DNA of 62,087 nucleotides, filler included, from Collodictyon triciliatum (GCA_043381765.1; 7 parts of 7 records of this genome joined end to end with filler, not necessarily neighbours in it), one strand, 5' to 3'; numbered from the whole stretch's first letter, positions 44,601 to 56,132 are shown. The notes: generated by a model not told the origin, from the sequence alone. Numbers and translations: made by a program.

Positions 44601-46370
44601 TGTCAAAGTGCGTAATATGACCCCGAGGCTCAAACTCCATATCTTAACTGTCCCATCTTTGCTGCCTGAAATGATTTTTGATGCGTCGTGCGTCACAAAG
44701 ACGCTTTTGACACCATCCTTGTGTCCGGTCAATGTATGTATGAGGGATCCATTATTCAAATGCCATATTTTGATAGTGTTATCTGTGCTTCCAGAAACAA
44801 TTTTGGAGCCATCGGGGGTGATTGAGACGGTATTAACATAACTAGTGTGGCCACTGATTGTTCTGATAAGAACTCCAGTCGATAAACTCCATACCTTGAT
44901 TTGATTGTCCCAGGCACCTGATACCACTTTTTGGTTGTCTGGAGTGACAGCTACCCCAAAAACAAGACTAGTGTGCCCACTAAGGACATGCAAAGCAAGG
45001 CCTCCAGAAACACTCCAAATTCGAGCAGTCTTGTCCCAACTGCCAGAAACAATCTTTAAACCATCCATACTAGCTGCAACGCTGATAATACCATCCGTAT
45101 GTCCATTCAATGTTGTGTTCAAAGATCCATTAGAGATGTTCCAAATTTTTATAGTCTTGTCGTTACTTCCTGATATCGCTAATTTGTTGTCGTAAGATGA
45201 CTGAACGCTATTGATACTACTACTATGTCCTGCAATCATGCGAATCATTGTTCCACGTTCATAGTCCCAGAATCTTACTCCACCGTCATCACTTCCAGAT
45301 ATGATTATTTTCCCATCATAAGTTAAACTGACTGAATTGACTATGCTACTGAGTCCTGCAACGTTGAACATGAGATTACCATTCGAGATATTCCATTTTA
45401 TTATTGTTTTATCGCCACTTCCGGACACAAATGCAGTCCCATCAGGATTGGTGGCGATACAATTGACTTTGTTTGTATGCCCGGTCATCGTTCGAACCAA
45501 CTTTCCATCAGAGAAATTCCATATCAATATAGTAGTATCACTACTTCCAGAAATAATGTTTGATCCATCTGGCGTGATGCTCAAAGCATTTACAGTACTA
45601 TAGTGTCCGTTCAACGTACGAATGAGAGAGCCTCCATCGACTTTCCAAATTTTGATTGATATGTCAGCGCTTCCAGAAATTATGTTGTTGCCGTCTGGTG
45701 TAATCAAAATGGAGTTGACACTGCCATAATGTCCACTGAGAGTGTTTTGTAATGAGCCGTCGCTCATACGCCAGATTCTTATGATGGTATCGCTACACCC
45801 GGAAACCAAATAAGAATTGTCTGGAGAAATATAGAGACTGTTCACAGAGCCGCCATGGTCAGTCATGGTCTGCATCAAATTTCCGTCAGTCATGCCCCAC
45901 AATTTAACAGACTTATCATAACTTCCAGAGGCTATTGTAGATCCGTCTGGGGATATTGCGACAACATTGACACCTTCAGTATGTCCACTCAATGTGCGAA
46001 TCAATTTGTAGTCAGCAAAGCTCCATATCTTGACTTTTTTGTCATCACTTCCCGACGCGAACATCAAGCCGTCCCGTGATACAGATACACTGTTGACATT
46101 TCCATTATGCCCAGGCAGTGTGCGTATAAGTGCTCCCGTAGACAAGTCCCAAACTTGCATATTCTTTACGTCATTGCCTGTGATAACTTTGGTGCCATCA
46201 GCAGTAATAGCAGCACCCAAGGTGATTCCTGGGGTTCCGAATGTGTAGATGGAATCATCACAAACATTCGATGGTATCAGTGATATAGTCAGGAAAATTC
46301 CTAGAATTAATGATATGATGTTTAGACTGAATACTTTGTCAGTTTCGTTTTCCTCATTGGACCATAAATT
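38697..46370 (-). CDS. Giant membrane protein: signal-like segment, 14 WD40 repeats, GCC2/GCC3 (ephrin-receptor-like) Cys-rich repeats, multi-pass TM domain
   Basis: Single stop-free frame of 7674 nt. GH...W repeats have a 42-aa period (about 44511-46220), followed by CPxGTxN repeats (about 39940-44505). About 8-9 hydrophobic helices carry LKADLSIEC and GY..RCFYWE motifs. The true start codon is unresolved. Confidence 0.9.
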   Translation of the reverse strand, partial: NLWSNEENETDKVFSLNIISLILGIFLTISLIPSNVCDDSIYTFGTPGITLGAAITADGTKVITGNDVKNMQVWDLSTGALIRTLPGHNGNVNSVSVSRDGLMFASGSDDKKVKIWSFADYKLIRTLSGHTEGVNVVAISPDGSTIASGSYDKSVKLWGMTDGNLMQTMTDHGGSVNSLYISPDNSYLVSGCSDTIIRIWRMSDGSLQNTLSGHYGSVNSILITPDGNNIISGSADISIKIWKVDGGSLIRTLNGHYSTVNALSITPDGSNIISGSSDTTILIWNFSDGKLVRTMTGHTNKVNCIATNPDGTAFVSGSGDKTIIKWNISNGNLMFNVAGLSSIVNSVSLTYDGKIIISGSDDGGVRFWDYERGTMIRMIAGHSSSINSVQSSYDNKLAISGSNDKTIKIWNISNGSLNTTLNGHTDGIISVAASMDGLKIVSGSWDKTARIWSVSGGLALHVLSGHTSLVFGVAVTPDNQKVVSGAWDNQIKVWSLSTGVLIRTISGHTSYVNTVSITPDGSKIVSGSTDNTIKIWHLNNGSLIHTLTGHKDGVKSVFVTHDASKIISGSKDGTVKIWSLSLGVILRTLTGHAKTPNSVVSTPDDSEIVSGAWDNTLKVWPLCSAGFFYDIIDYACKICPLGSYYNPNDPFTCLLCPAGTFNNITGSLGIGSCIPCSPGKYNPYVGQPSCFDCDPGSYNNELGKLSCKMCPPGTFNEKEGSFSPSDCTPCGLGTYNPDTGKPICDKCPLGTFNNETGQIGCHECPPGTYNDQIGSISLNNCTLCPPGKFNPRSGSIGFSSCTNCSAGSYNNEYGKSECFNCPLGSYNLLPGSTELKECLLCEAGSYNNMLGQTLCVKCPVGTSNLKEGSKSADDCILCDPGTYSNLSGQATCIPCDVGMYNGARGQSSCIGCPVGFFSNLEGQLFCNPCSIGTYTNSTKSTQCTSCPVGTFNSNVASKDVLECTPCPKGRYSSTPGSSICDLCPSGTYNSLTNQVECIKCPNGTYNPTQGGASDSVCGICPQGTYGDVYGVTCHACPAGTFNNRTGSHDSFSCTPCADGHYSSERSSLCSLCLPGFYQKEGVKKDLYSCHKCPKGSFNSRSGSYGSSSCTVCPQGTYNDQEGQASCISCPAGTFNRGNGSVDVSTCTHCNDGSYSSVGSPRCISCSPGYYQEEGIKKDIESCHPCPKGAYNLNSGSYGNSSCIKCPQGTWNDRQGQASCVPCKAGTFNDKAGSSDISSCVLCQNGKYSLERSSSCSPCLTGFYQKEGVDKDAQSCHACPKGTFNSDSGSYGNKSCVECPEGTWNDREGQASCTSCPAGTYNDKPGSFDQSSCILCPNGSYSSERSSSCSSCPPGYYQIEDMLKGSISCSPCHEGTFNSNPGSFGNSSCIECPQGTYNKIKGQVSCTSCPAGTFNNKTGSLSPSSCVSCPNGSYSNERSATCSLCLSGFYQKEGITKNSSSCYSCPRGTFNSNSGSYGHSSCVECPQGTFSGLDGQSSCTSCPSGTFNNKTNSDNKLSCIPCPNGSYSSERSSSCSSCPSGFYQKEGFTKNSSSCYSCPKGTFNSNSGSYGDSSCTKCPQGTWNDREGQASCKSCPTGTFNDKTGSFDSSSCVPCDNGRYSSVGSSSCSLCLSGFYQKERVTKNSSSCYSCPIGTFNPNSGSYGDSSCTKCPQGTWNDREGQASCTSCPSGTFNNKTNSDNELSCIPCDNGHYSSVGSSSCTLCSPGFYQKERVMKDSESCYACPKGTSNSISGSYGDSSCIECPQGTWNDREGQASCTSCPAGTFNDKTGSFNEFSCISCPNGHYSSERSASCSLCSSGFYQKEGIKKNSSSCFICPRGTFNPNPGSYRPSSCVQCPQGTWNDKDGQASCTSCPAGTFNNKTGIFDISLCISCPQGSYSSERSPSCNKCPTRSTTNTTGALSISDCRCLDTYIIHNGLCTCPPGRFEDEGNCVPCKNGTYKYTNDTSFCSSCPYKFTTIFEGATNKSQCICKEGYVLIDNDCQCAPGRFEKGGQCNECPSNTYNSNYGETSCKDCPPNSVTNTTGSIFDKDCKCLKTTYLDTKKKMCRDCPEGFVCDGSSNVNVAPGYWQAFRSDGEYFAIKCLNEDACTGGNVTCAEGYTGPLCGVCDEGYGAIGYVCTMCPPPEGSGFLVFLSSTLPFVFVIYMIKRSREPVTRNILILKTLSTHFQILSYLGNFDVNWDISLISLMKVPALFSFSFSIDNYPTECRFDPSVYDKLLYTMLIPVILIGVVVVIMVTKNMWNLYHRTISLSNISYKSLQQEFVYSMLVMLFFVHPTITASVSNIFPCEALGEKSYLKADLSIECDDPTYLAWRNVALAYLIMYCFLGPVLLLLRMIYKRSDLKDVSSETYTLMRFLVDGYDDRCFYWEIVSMMQKLFVVMISVFLSASLQIYFGLWLILLTIAANTYVRPFMSGALKKSQLLSFTVLYFTLMLSLLFRYSDLSPALELFLLLLVALLNGFVGILFLYIAGPDVLILYIDRTQDFLVEAKSFVLRYGLIQKYVDRIISTFTSDDNHRTHFDKEMTPQTYANTSCNDL
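40700..43270 (-). repeat. Coding higher-order tandem repeat, 279 nt (93 aa) x about 9
   Basis: TCATTCCAAGTACCTTGTGG occurs at 41341 and 41620 (279 apart). There are nine G[FY]YQxE motifs. Confidence 0.9.
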
Positions 46371-47269
46371 TTATTTTCTGAATTAAATGAAGGTATTATA
46401 CCATCACAATATAAAACATAAAAATAATTATAACAAGACTAAAGGCATGAGGGATGTCTCACAACGCAATTAATTGCTTGGATAAATAACCCAAGAAAAA
46501 TGATAGGCACGATTAACATACAGATAAAAAGGCTTTACATATATATTGACGAATATTACCCATCCACATCGCTGCAAGCTTTTGGGCAAAACTCATGCTG
46601 TTCTGCATAATTTTACTGATTAATGCTTTGAATGGTTTTTTTTTTACATATTTGGAGGATAATTTGTGTACAAATTAAAATAATATGTTAATAACAAAGA
46701 GGAAATTATGAATCTCGTCATATTGAACAGCGGATTAATGCACCACCACACTTAATCTTTTTTAGTATGTGTAATGTGAAGAATAAGAGAACTGAACGTA
46801 TAAATAAATTGAATAAATGTGATATGTACAGAAATAACTCATGCACTGTTTTCATGAATCTATGCATGAATGAAATACAATTGTTATATACGCATCCAAA
46901 ATTTTAGATCTACAGCGAATGTTGAATAAAGAAGAAGGAGCGTTTCGTAAACATATGTCAAAATCTTTATGGAATAACGAAGGTTTTGTAGTGTTTAAAA
47001 TCTATTCGCCGGAGAATATTTTATAGATCATTAATAATTGTAACTGCTTGGATGAGAATTGTAGTATGGAGTTATACCGCTGAGTGTGATGGAAAAATGA
47101 AATATGGCGATCCACATTCAAAAATACGTGAATCAAGCAATCGAAGGAGAAGGGCTCGCAGGGAAAGAATAAAAGAAACAGGGGAAAATGAAATGAAAAA
47201 CAAATAAAGAAAGAGCAGTTGGAAAAGAAAAGAAAAAAGACAAAAGGAACAGAAGCAGGCATGGGTGTG

Positions 47270-47468
47270 AGAAGAAAGGAGAAAGGAGAAAGGAGAAAGG
47301 AGAAAGGAGAAAGGAGAAAGGAGAAAGAAGAAAGAAAGAAAAAAAAGAAAAAAAGAAAGAAGAAAGAAAGAAGAAGAAAGAAAAAGAAAGAAAAAGAAAG
47401 AAAAAGAAAGAAAAAGAAAGAAAAAGAAAGAAAAAGAAAGAAAAAGAAAGAAAAAAGAAAGAAGAAAA
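47270..47468. repeat. Polypurine repeats (AGAAAGG)n/(AAAAG)n
   Basis: Direct tandem runs. Confidence 0.9.
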
Positions 47469-48635
47469 CAGTTGGGGACAGGATAAAGGAACAAAGTTAA
47501 GTTAATCATAATGAACCCTCCTGCCGATCACACGAATAATTAACATTCTCCGACTTCGAATCATGAACCAACAAACCATCTGCTTTCCAGATGTTTGCGC
47601 GACCAGTGCGCTGGGCGAGGATACACACACAGGCGAATGTTAGACGAGACCCGAGGAAAACAACGCCCGAGCCAGAAACCCACCACACGGAGAACGTTAA
47701 ACACATTCTGTGGGGATTGGATAATTCTATGAACATGACTTTATAAGTGTCTTTCTGAGGAAATATTCACTTGGATATGGCTGCGAACTCGTTACGGTTC
47801 GGGTGTTTTGAACAGAACCGGGGAAGACAGAGCATTCAACTTATATATGCTTCTTTTATTGTATAGTTGTGGAAATATTGCATAGAAGGAAATTCTTGTG
47901 GGGGCTTCTTTACACGCTAACCTTAGCTACTAGGTCGGACACAAGATGTACCATACTAAGTCAAATTTAAATAGTATACAGCGCATATTGATAATGATTT
48001 GAATTCTATAATTATCAATTACAATCCTGATTGATATTATATAGATTATTATATAATAATTTCCAGAAATATCTTCAGTTTGATTTGTCTGTCAACTCGC
48101 CGTGGCACTCAAGCAAGCCGCTTCGCAGGTAGGCAAATCGACCCGGGGTTCGGCTCCTTGACTCTACAGCGCACAGTGAAAGGGCCTTGTCTTGCTTCAG
48201 TCACAAGTAAGCATATATTATTTTTCTAGGCTAGATCAATGGACGGTTTGGATGAGCAAGAAGACAACGCACTCGATTATGAGGCTGAGATTGTGGAGGC
48301 TCTATTCACGGGGCAAGTCGGCGAGCGGTCGTCTGCGCGGCTGGCTGAGAACATAATTTTTTCAGTACGCTTTCTTTTTCCGGTTTTTTTTTTTTTNNNN
48401 NNNNNNNNNNNNNNNNNNNNNNNNNNNNNNNNNNNNNNNNTTAATTAATTAANNNNNNNNNNNNNNNNNNNNNNNNNNNNNNNNNNNNNNNNNNNNCAAA
48501 ATAAGTCAATGAATGTTAGTCTCAGTGAAATTAGATAGCTGCCTTTTTTTTTTTTTTTTTTTTTGCGGGGGGGGGGGGGGGGGGGGTTGATATGGCTATG
48601 TATGTGTCATGAGGGGGCAGCAGAATAGAAAATAC

Positions 48636-51600
48636 GTCATGTCCTGCACTGAAGTCTCTCTTGATGATGTTCACTCTGAGCAACGATTGGCAGCGAATGT
48701 CGTTCATGGTCTGCACAGGCTTGAGAGACTCCTTGAATTTCTGAGAAAGCACTTGAAGAATGCCAGAATTGCTCTGCTACATCAAGTCACGTGTGCATTT
48801 TATATACTTCGGAGAGTTTGATTCAATTTGTCCCAACAGGTAAGCAATCAAAGAAAAAAATACATGCGCCTGCATCGATGAGGAGAGTAGTGAATACTGC
48901 AAAGATAGACATTAGTGGTTACCTGTCCCTTGCCTGCATTCTGCTTATGCTTCACAGCTGTTGTACGTTTGAATTGGAACTCTTCCACTTGAATGGGAGG
49001 TATGGCATTGGTTGGGCGGTAGAGTTGTTTGTTGAGGCATGGGAATATCATAATCGGTGACGAAGCTTCAGAGAAAAGAGGGAAAAATTAAAAGAGTGGG
49101 CTCATGTGAGTTCATTTTTTAAATGCTTTCAAAAATTATTATTCTTATTCTTACAATTATTTTACTAAAATACACGATAGTAAGGAATAACAAATTGGAA
49201 AATGTACATTTTATTGTTTTTAATGAGATAAATACCTTTGCTGGCGCCTTTTACAAGACGAGTTTTGATAAGATGCGTTTGTGAGTGCGTGCAGGCTGTA
49301 CTATCAATAAATGATGTATCAGCTTTGGAGAAACGGAATTTCCCTTGGTGATTCTTTTCTATGTAATCATCGAACAGCATTTTGGCAAAATTCCCTTGGT
49401 TTTTCCCACATTCATCCAGGAACATCTGAAAAGCTTGTGACTGAAAGGCAAAATAGAGAAAATCCTGGTCCGATGAAGATAGTGAATTACATATGTATAA
49501 ATAGTGTGCGATCAACATAAAATTCAGCAAATTGCAACACAATGCTTTCTTCCTTTTTTTTTGTTTTTTGTTAGCTGTGTCAAAAAACAATAAATTATAT
49601 TATATTAAGTTACCCTATTCTGGTCGGTTGTCTTGAGCAAGTATGCTTCCTGGTCAACAGTACCGTGAGGGTCGTGGCCTGATGGGTTCTCGTTGATGAT
49701 GAGAAATTCCTTATAATCTATAAAAAGCAACCAAATTAGTTTATGAAGTGCTTATGTTAAATAAATCAAGACCATATCAAGTGCGTAACTGAACTTGTTT
49801 GGTGGATAGAACAAACCGAAAAAAATTAAAAATTAAAAAAAAAAAAAACAGAACAAAACAAATCAGAAAGCTCCCAAAATTACTACTATATTTCTTTCGA
49901 AAAAAAAATTAATACAAACATCTCCACACACGTGTGGTAAACCACAAAAATTCCTTCCTAACATCTTCTAGAAAATTGTTCAAGTCCTCATGTCCAAGAT
50001 TGAAATAGTCGCTTAGAGGACCCAACTTTTCTAGTTTTCCATCGCCAACACGCACTTCATCACTGATTTCTGACACTGGCATGGGCGTGATGTTGTGCAA
50101 TTTCAAGACACTATTGAAGTAAGTTATAAATACCGTGATTTTGTAAGATTTATATATGACAGTATGATAAACTGCATGTATATTTGGATTTGTAGAGAAG
50201 CAGTTATGAGATGGAGACATACGCATCCAAACGTTTCACAAGTCTTTGCTTTCTGGCAGCCGTCACAAGATGAGAAAGCCGAGGATAGGGAGATCGACCC
50301 ACCGGGAAGTGATGAAAAATCTTGTTCTCGTCTACCAAGAGAATGAGGCACTGTATTATTTGTTTGTTGCTGTTAGATTTGAAATGGTGATTTATGTAAA
50401 ATCTCAGAGACACAAGATTAACCGCAAGATATCAGATGTTGCTTTGATAATGAGATATTTGATTATTTCCTCCCAATAAATTCACTTAGCCACCTCTTCT
50501 AGGTATTCAAAAGGTAGACGAACGGAAGCGTGCACTCCAAGAATTCCAGGCGCAGGAGTTTGAAGGACGTCAGTGAGATCGTTAGGAATCAAGGAGAGGA
50601 ATGTGTGCGGCCAAACCAGAGGAAACATGAAAGAGGATATAGACTCCGCAATCTCTGTTAGTAAGCTGAGTGACTGAGATTGGATAATCAGCGTCTTCTC
50701 CATCATGACAGAGAAAAAAGCATCCACTATCACATCCAAGGAGAGCACTTGAAACATCCTGTGACAAGAAATCTTTTTCGGGATGAAGTTTAGTCTCCTC
50801 AGGTTTGAAAAAAAAATATTTCGGTAAGGGCGCAAAATTTACAAAATATTAGGCTATAATTGTACAATCAAGTGTGTACAGAGTCTTAAAAAAAAATAAG
50901 AAGAGGTAGGTAAATATATATTTCGAAATTACTTCTGGGTAGTAGGGTTGATTCAGTCGAGGACGTGAAATAACTTGCACAGGAAAGTCTATATAAATGA
51001 CCCGATAAGTAAAAACCAAAACACGACTCCTGTTTGTTATGTATGTGCATAGTGTTATACAAAGTTAGACGATGTTCCAATTAATGCTTCTTTTTTTTCT
51101 TTTCTTGCTTTCTTTTTCTATTGGTAGTGTTATGATTTCTGGTGTTTCGTATTGTTGTGATTGCCAGTGGTTCGGTAGTATAGCCACCTGAGGAGATTTG
51201 GTAGTGGATTGATGCATATCCACGGGGTGGAAGTGGTAATTCTGTGACAAATGATTGAATGCACTCGTGCGCCTGCTCTGCACCATAGCTGACACCCACA
51301 CTGTAGAGCCGACTGAGAAATAGCTGGAAATTTTGGTACAAGGGATGATGTGAAACGATGCAGAATGCTCTGGGCATATACCACAGCTGCATGGCTTTAC
51401 TGAGACGACTTGCTTCTTTCCTGAGGTGATATTTCTTCTGGTTCTGATATTTGGTTATTTACGAAAGATGGAATAGTTAATATGGTGGAATATGTGTCTA
51501 TAGAAGACGACCAGAATTGAATTTTTCCTGTATGCTCCAGACGGATATATCCGTGTCTGATAGATAATTACCAATAGAGGGAGGCTTAAAATACTATATA

Positions 51601-52413
51601 GATGTTGAGGTGTCTAAGTAAATTCAAACCGAAGCGATTTCTAATTGATGGTCCAATTCCAGTGGCTCGTAAACAACGAGACAAGAGCAACAGATCTTTT
51701 TGTCACTGTCAGCCAAGACAAAGTTGAATGCTGTTTCAGGTTTTCGGGTCGTTGACAATCTCATCCCGAGTGGGAAGCAATTCTATGGCAAGAAAGGTAT
51801 ATTTTTTTTAAAAAAAAATAATTATAATAATTAGCAGCTCTCGAAGGTTTCATGTATAGTGGTGATTTCCTGTAAATTTTAGAATTGATGTTGAAGCCAT
51901 TTTTAGTGGCTGTTACTATTAAAAGTAATTCTGCGGTCATTTGATATAGTTTATTAGATAATACCATCGCAACCATTCCCGCGGGGATAGTGTAATCTAG
52001 CCATGTGAAGGTGGGGTATGTGTGTCTCACTTCAGGTCTCACATCGTAGAAGGATGCGGTCACACGGTTGCACTCGTGAGAGAACTCTAAACAGAGGAGC
52101 AAAGAAATATTTTAATCTTGTTGTCTGCTTGAAAGCAACAGAATAGCCTCGTTTTGTTATTTTTTTTTTTTTACAAAGCCTTAATTTCAATCATATGAAA
52201 AGGGCTGATGCGGAAGAATATATAAACGCGGTATCCAAAAAAAATGATCTGGTGACTTTTTTTTTTTGTGATATGATATTATGGATAATTAATTAGAAGG
52301 GAATAAGATGGCACCATACTTTGTAAGCTTTCAAAAGACGGCGCAACTTCGAAAAAGTAATCCACCAGCCGATCAGACCACGTTGGTTGTTGAAGAGACG
52401 AAGCCGTAGCCAT
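48636..52413 (-). CDS. DENN-domain Rab GEF (uDENN-cDENN-dDENN), 3'-partial
   Basis: Motifs RLVDYFFEV, CFPLG, FNFVLAD, YMPRAFCIVSHHP, ELPLPPRG, MMEKTLIIQSQSLSLLT, MFPLVWPHTFLSLIP..L.DVLQTPAPGILGVH and FQSQAFQMFLDE. Confidence 0.9.
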
Positions 52414-53254
52414 TTTTCCCTGCGGGTAACAAGTTGAAGGGAGCCAAAGTTTTTTTCATGATTATTGTTGCTGAACATCGTTGTTGATTTTGTTGTTGCG
52501 GATCTCTTCAGGTCGGCCAAAGAAAGCACAACAAAGGAAAGGACACGAAAGCCCCAGAAAGCCTTCGATAGCGATTTCATCCGCATGAAAAACGCAGTGC
52601 GACGCCGGAATGACAAACCATTTGAAAACAAAGCGCGGAATCACAAAAAAAAAAAAAAAGAGTTGATGTAGCCTTGATCGACAACTGTGTGATCACCAGC
52701 CGTGATCTTTTGGCGCGGAAGAGCGTTTTCAAGCTCCGATCACAAGTCCCACCCCTAACATCTTTTACACACACTTTTATTTATATGAATATGCGCTGTG
52801 CGGCAGCATAAAAGCAAGAATGGCCCCGATGCTTTGCGCTTCGATCGGCCTTTGCTTCCTAGAAACCCATACGTGCAGTTTTGGCTTCTTGGATAAGGTT
52901 GTCTTCTCTTTCCTTCTTGTTTTGCTGTCTGGCTTTTTGGCTTTGCCGTGCGTTTGTGTGGCGATCTGGGTTTTACTGATATGGTATCATTGCGCAGGGT
53001 GTATACACACAAAAACGAAACAAAGCGATGAAATTGCTGTGGGTTTGAAAAAGGGAATGACAGCCACAGTCCCATTAGCCGTTTGAAGCTTCTCTCTTTT
53101 GGGAAATGGATGCGTTTGTTGGGTCGTGTCTTTGGGGTGGGGAACGCTTCGTGTGGACGAGAGAATGGTTGGCAGGCAGCTGAGTTTTTATTTGATTGCG
53201 TTTGTTCTTGTTTTTTTTTTTTTGGACAAGTGGGAAGGCAAATGTATCGCGGGA

Positions 53255-55608
53255 TTATCGTGTTGGGATTCCGCGCTTTCGCATTATGGCGGTGCACTCT
53301 GGACAGTACCATTTGCCTTTGGGTTTGGAGACGAGGCCGACGCATTCGAAATGGAACCATTCGACCTTGCACTGTGGTGTATGTAAAACACTCCATGAGC
53401 GGATGGCACAACAAAGATAATCAGGCATTTAAAAATTGAGGTGTAATTTGAAAAAGGAGTGAGGGAGAGGGAGAGAGAGAAAAAAAATAGGACAGAAGGA
53501 AAGGAAAGCTGGAACGTATTTGTTGTGAGTAGAGCTATCGTATTGACTGATGGACGGGATATTGACAAAACGAACGTCATTGTTGTCGCATCCCACCATC
53601 TCCCCGAAAGAAACCTACAGAACAAGATTTTGTTTGGGAAGATATTAATCGATTCGTTGTACATTTATTGGAGTTTTTTTTTCTCATATTTTAAAAGTAG
53701 TAAATGTCAAGCAACATTCACACGTGCCGCTTTCCGGGCAAATCAGTCACCGACATGCCATCGAAGTGAAATGTAACCAAAGTAAAACAAGTACCCGATT
53801 GCATATACAGTATGTGGGTTCGTTGGGATCAATCGGCATGTCAGAGTCAATCACGCGAATTTGGGCATCATCCGCAGGATTTCTGTGATTAAAAAAAAAG
53901 GACGTATTATTTTTTTTTATAACTTGAGCGGACATTGGAAATCCTGTCAATTTCATAGTTTTGAGGATTCATTACGCTTTTCTTTCTGATGCTCGAGTTT
54001 TCTGGCTGCTTCTACATATTAGGTGTTTATTTTATATCCTTTACAAAGAATATAGAAATCCATTGCCCGAAAAGCGATGGGACAGCCTAATCGAACTCAC
54101 TTTACCTTGATGCTATGGCGGCAGGGGGTGTTACTTCAACAGTGACAGTCGATTGTTTCTGTTTCTCTGTTATGAATAAATTAACATACAATGAAATAAA
54201 GTATCTTATAATTAAAATTGCTTCACATTCATCTCAAACTTTATCATCAAAATATCAAACCAAGAAAGACTGTCGATTTACTATTCTTAAAATAGATTGA
54301 AATGGTTTTTTCCTTTATTCGATTCAAAGTAAAATATATTGAAATTTAAAAAAAGTTGCTTACTCAAGGGAGTTTCATTCACTTTGGTATTTCGGTGAGT
54401 AAGAGGATAATTAAGAACTCAAGTGCCCGATTTTCATGTGTAATTCAACAGAAAAAAGTGGTGATATAATATCGCGGTCCATACACCTTAATTTAGAGCT
54501 GGAATGACAAACCTGTTCCGTCGGTTTTCTTGAGCTCAGCTTCAAATTTACGAAGGTCCTCATCCAATCGGCGGATATGTTTGTCGAGCTTAAATGGCAT
54601 TTATTTAGTTTGGCTTTGATGAATTTCATGGCCTAAAACACCAGATATTTCTGTTTCGCTCTTCATTCGGTTTGAATAAGATGGTAATATATGAAATAAC
54701 TCTATAGGTTCTGTATGTGATATTGAATTGTGCAACCAATGAGGGAATGTTATACCAGCTCGTAGGTCTGTTCGGCCAGGACAACCTTGAATTGAAATTT
54801 TTATTTACATAATTAATATCACTTGGAAAAGTCTACTAGAAAAAAAAAGAGAGTAAGAAATATCTTCGGTGAATAAATTAAAAAAAAATTGAATTTGAAC
54901 GCAAGTGGTTGAGACAGACCTTCTCATCCGCCAGAACGAGACAGTTTTTCTGGTCTTCTTGTATTTGTTTTAGCATCACCTGATAGAAAAAAAAAAGGGA
55001 CGACTTAAATGACACGTTAAAGCTTGGTATAAGACACCATGATATTATCTACCACATCCTTGGTAGAAAAGAAAAAACAACTTGTTATAGGGTAAAGTAT
55101 CTCTGAAATGGCATATGAGGGTTTATGTTCTCACTTTGGATGATGCCTCCTCAGAACTCCGCGGATGCTTGCGGACATTAGATATGTACATTTTAGAGCT
55201 TTTTTCGACAGTTGATTTCAGCTCTATCAGATTATGTAGTTCCACAAGCTGTAGGTAAGTAAAAGAATAAATGAATGGTTATATGAAGAGTATTCACCTT
55301 CCGCTCTTTGGTCAAGCTCACGCATGAGACTAAAACTACGACGTAGCTCAGACGGCAGAGACGAAATGCCTTAAACGAGGCACAACATAAAGCGGTGGTG
55401 ATGGGCAGTATTAGTGCTGATAGCTGAATTATTCTACAAGATCTTCTCTTTGTGGTGAGGTTAACAGAGCCAATAGGCACGCTGGCCTGGCTGGCTTTGG
55501 CATTTCAGTCAGGAGGGCAAAGAAAAAAAGGTGCAGCAAGAAGTAATGCGTGTTGTGGAAGCGAGTTAGTGGCTTACTCTCGAGGAAGTCGTCCAGGTAT
55601 GAAGCCAT
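53255..55608 (-). CDS. Inhibitor of growth (ING4/5-like) PHD-finger protein, about 12 exons
   Basis: MASYLDDFLESISSLPSELRRSFSLMRELD, LADEKVVLAEQTYELLDKHIRRLDEDL and [55 protein letters not shown]. Confidence 0.95.
54304..54329 (-). mobile_element. Ultra-short A-tailed insertion, family A (ING intron)
   Basis: Minus strand CTTTGAATCGAATAAAGGAAAAAACC lies between TAAAATAGATTGAAAT (54288-54303) and TAAAATATATTGAAAT (54330-54345). Confidence 0.72.
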
Positions 55609-55660
55609 CAGCGGGATGATCTGTTTTTGTGTTTTGTTGTTGGTCAAGAGTTTTTCATGT

Positions 55661-56045
55661 TTTTTTATGGTTTTTATGGGTTTTTTATGGTTTTTTTTAT
55701 GGTTTTTTATGGTTTTTTATGGTTTTTTTATGGTTTTTTTATGGTTTTTTTTATGGNNNNNNNNNNNNNNNNNNNNNNNNNNNNNNNNNNNNNNNNNNNN
55801 NNNNNNNNNNNNNNNNNNNNNNNNNNNNNNNNNNNNNNNNNNNNNNNNNNNNNNNNNNNNNNNNNNNNNNNNNNNNNNNNNNNNNNNNNNNNNNNNNNNN
55901 NNNNNNNNNNNNNNNNNNNNNNNNNNNNNNNNNNNNNNNNNNNNNNNNNNNNNNNNNNNNNNNNNNNNNNNNNNNNNNNNNNNNNNNNNNNNNNNNNNNN
56001 NNNNNNNNNNNNNNNNNNNNNNNNNNNNNNNNNNNNNNNNNNNNN

Positions 56046-56132
<87 letters not shown>

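Noticed and set aside
40067-46248. Many overlapping short ORFs in other frames of the giant gene
   Set aside because: They are shadows of the repetitive coding sequence.
47506-48364. Exon-like segments at the end of contig 5 (e.g. MDGLDEQEDNALDYEAEIVEALF)
   Set aside because: They may belong to a truncated gene, but strand and phase are not resolvable.
53700-53792. GC-richer hairpin inside an ING intron (snoRNA?)
   Set aside because: No clear C/D or H/ACA boxes, only a weak stem.
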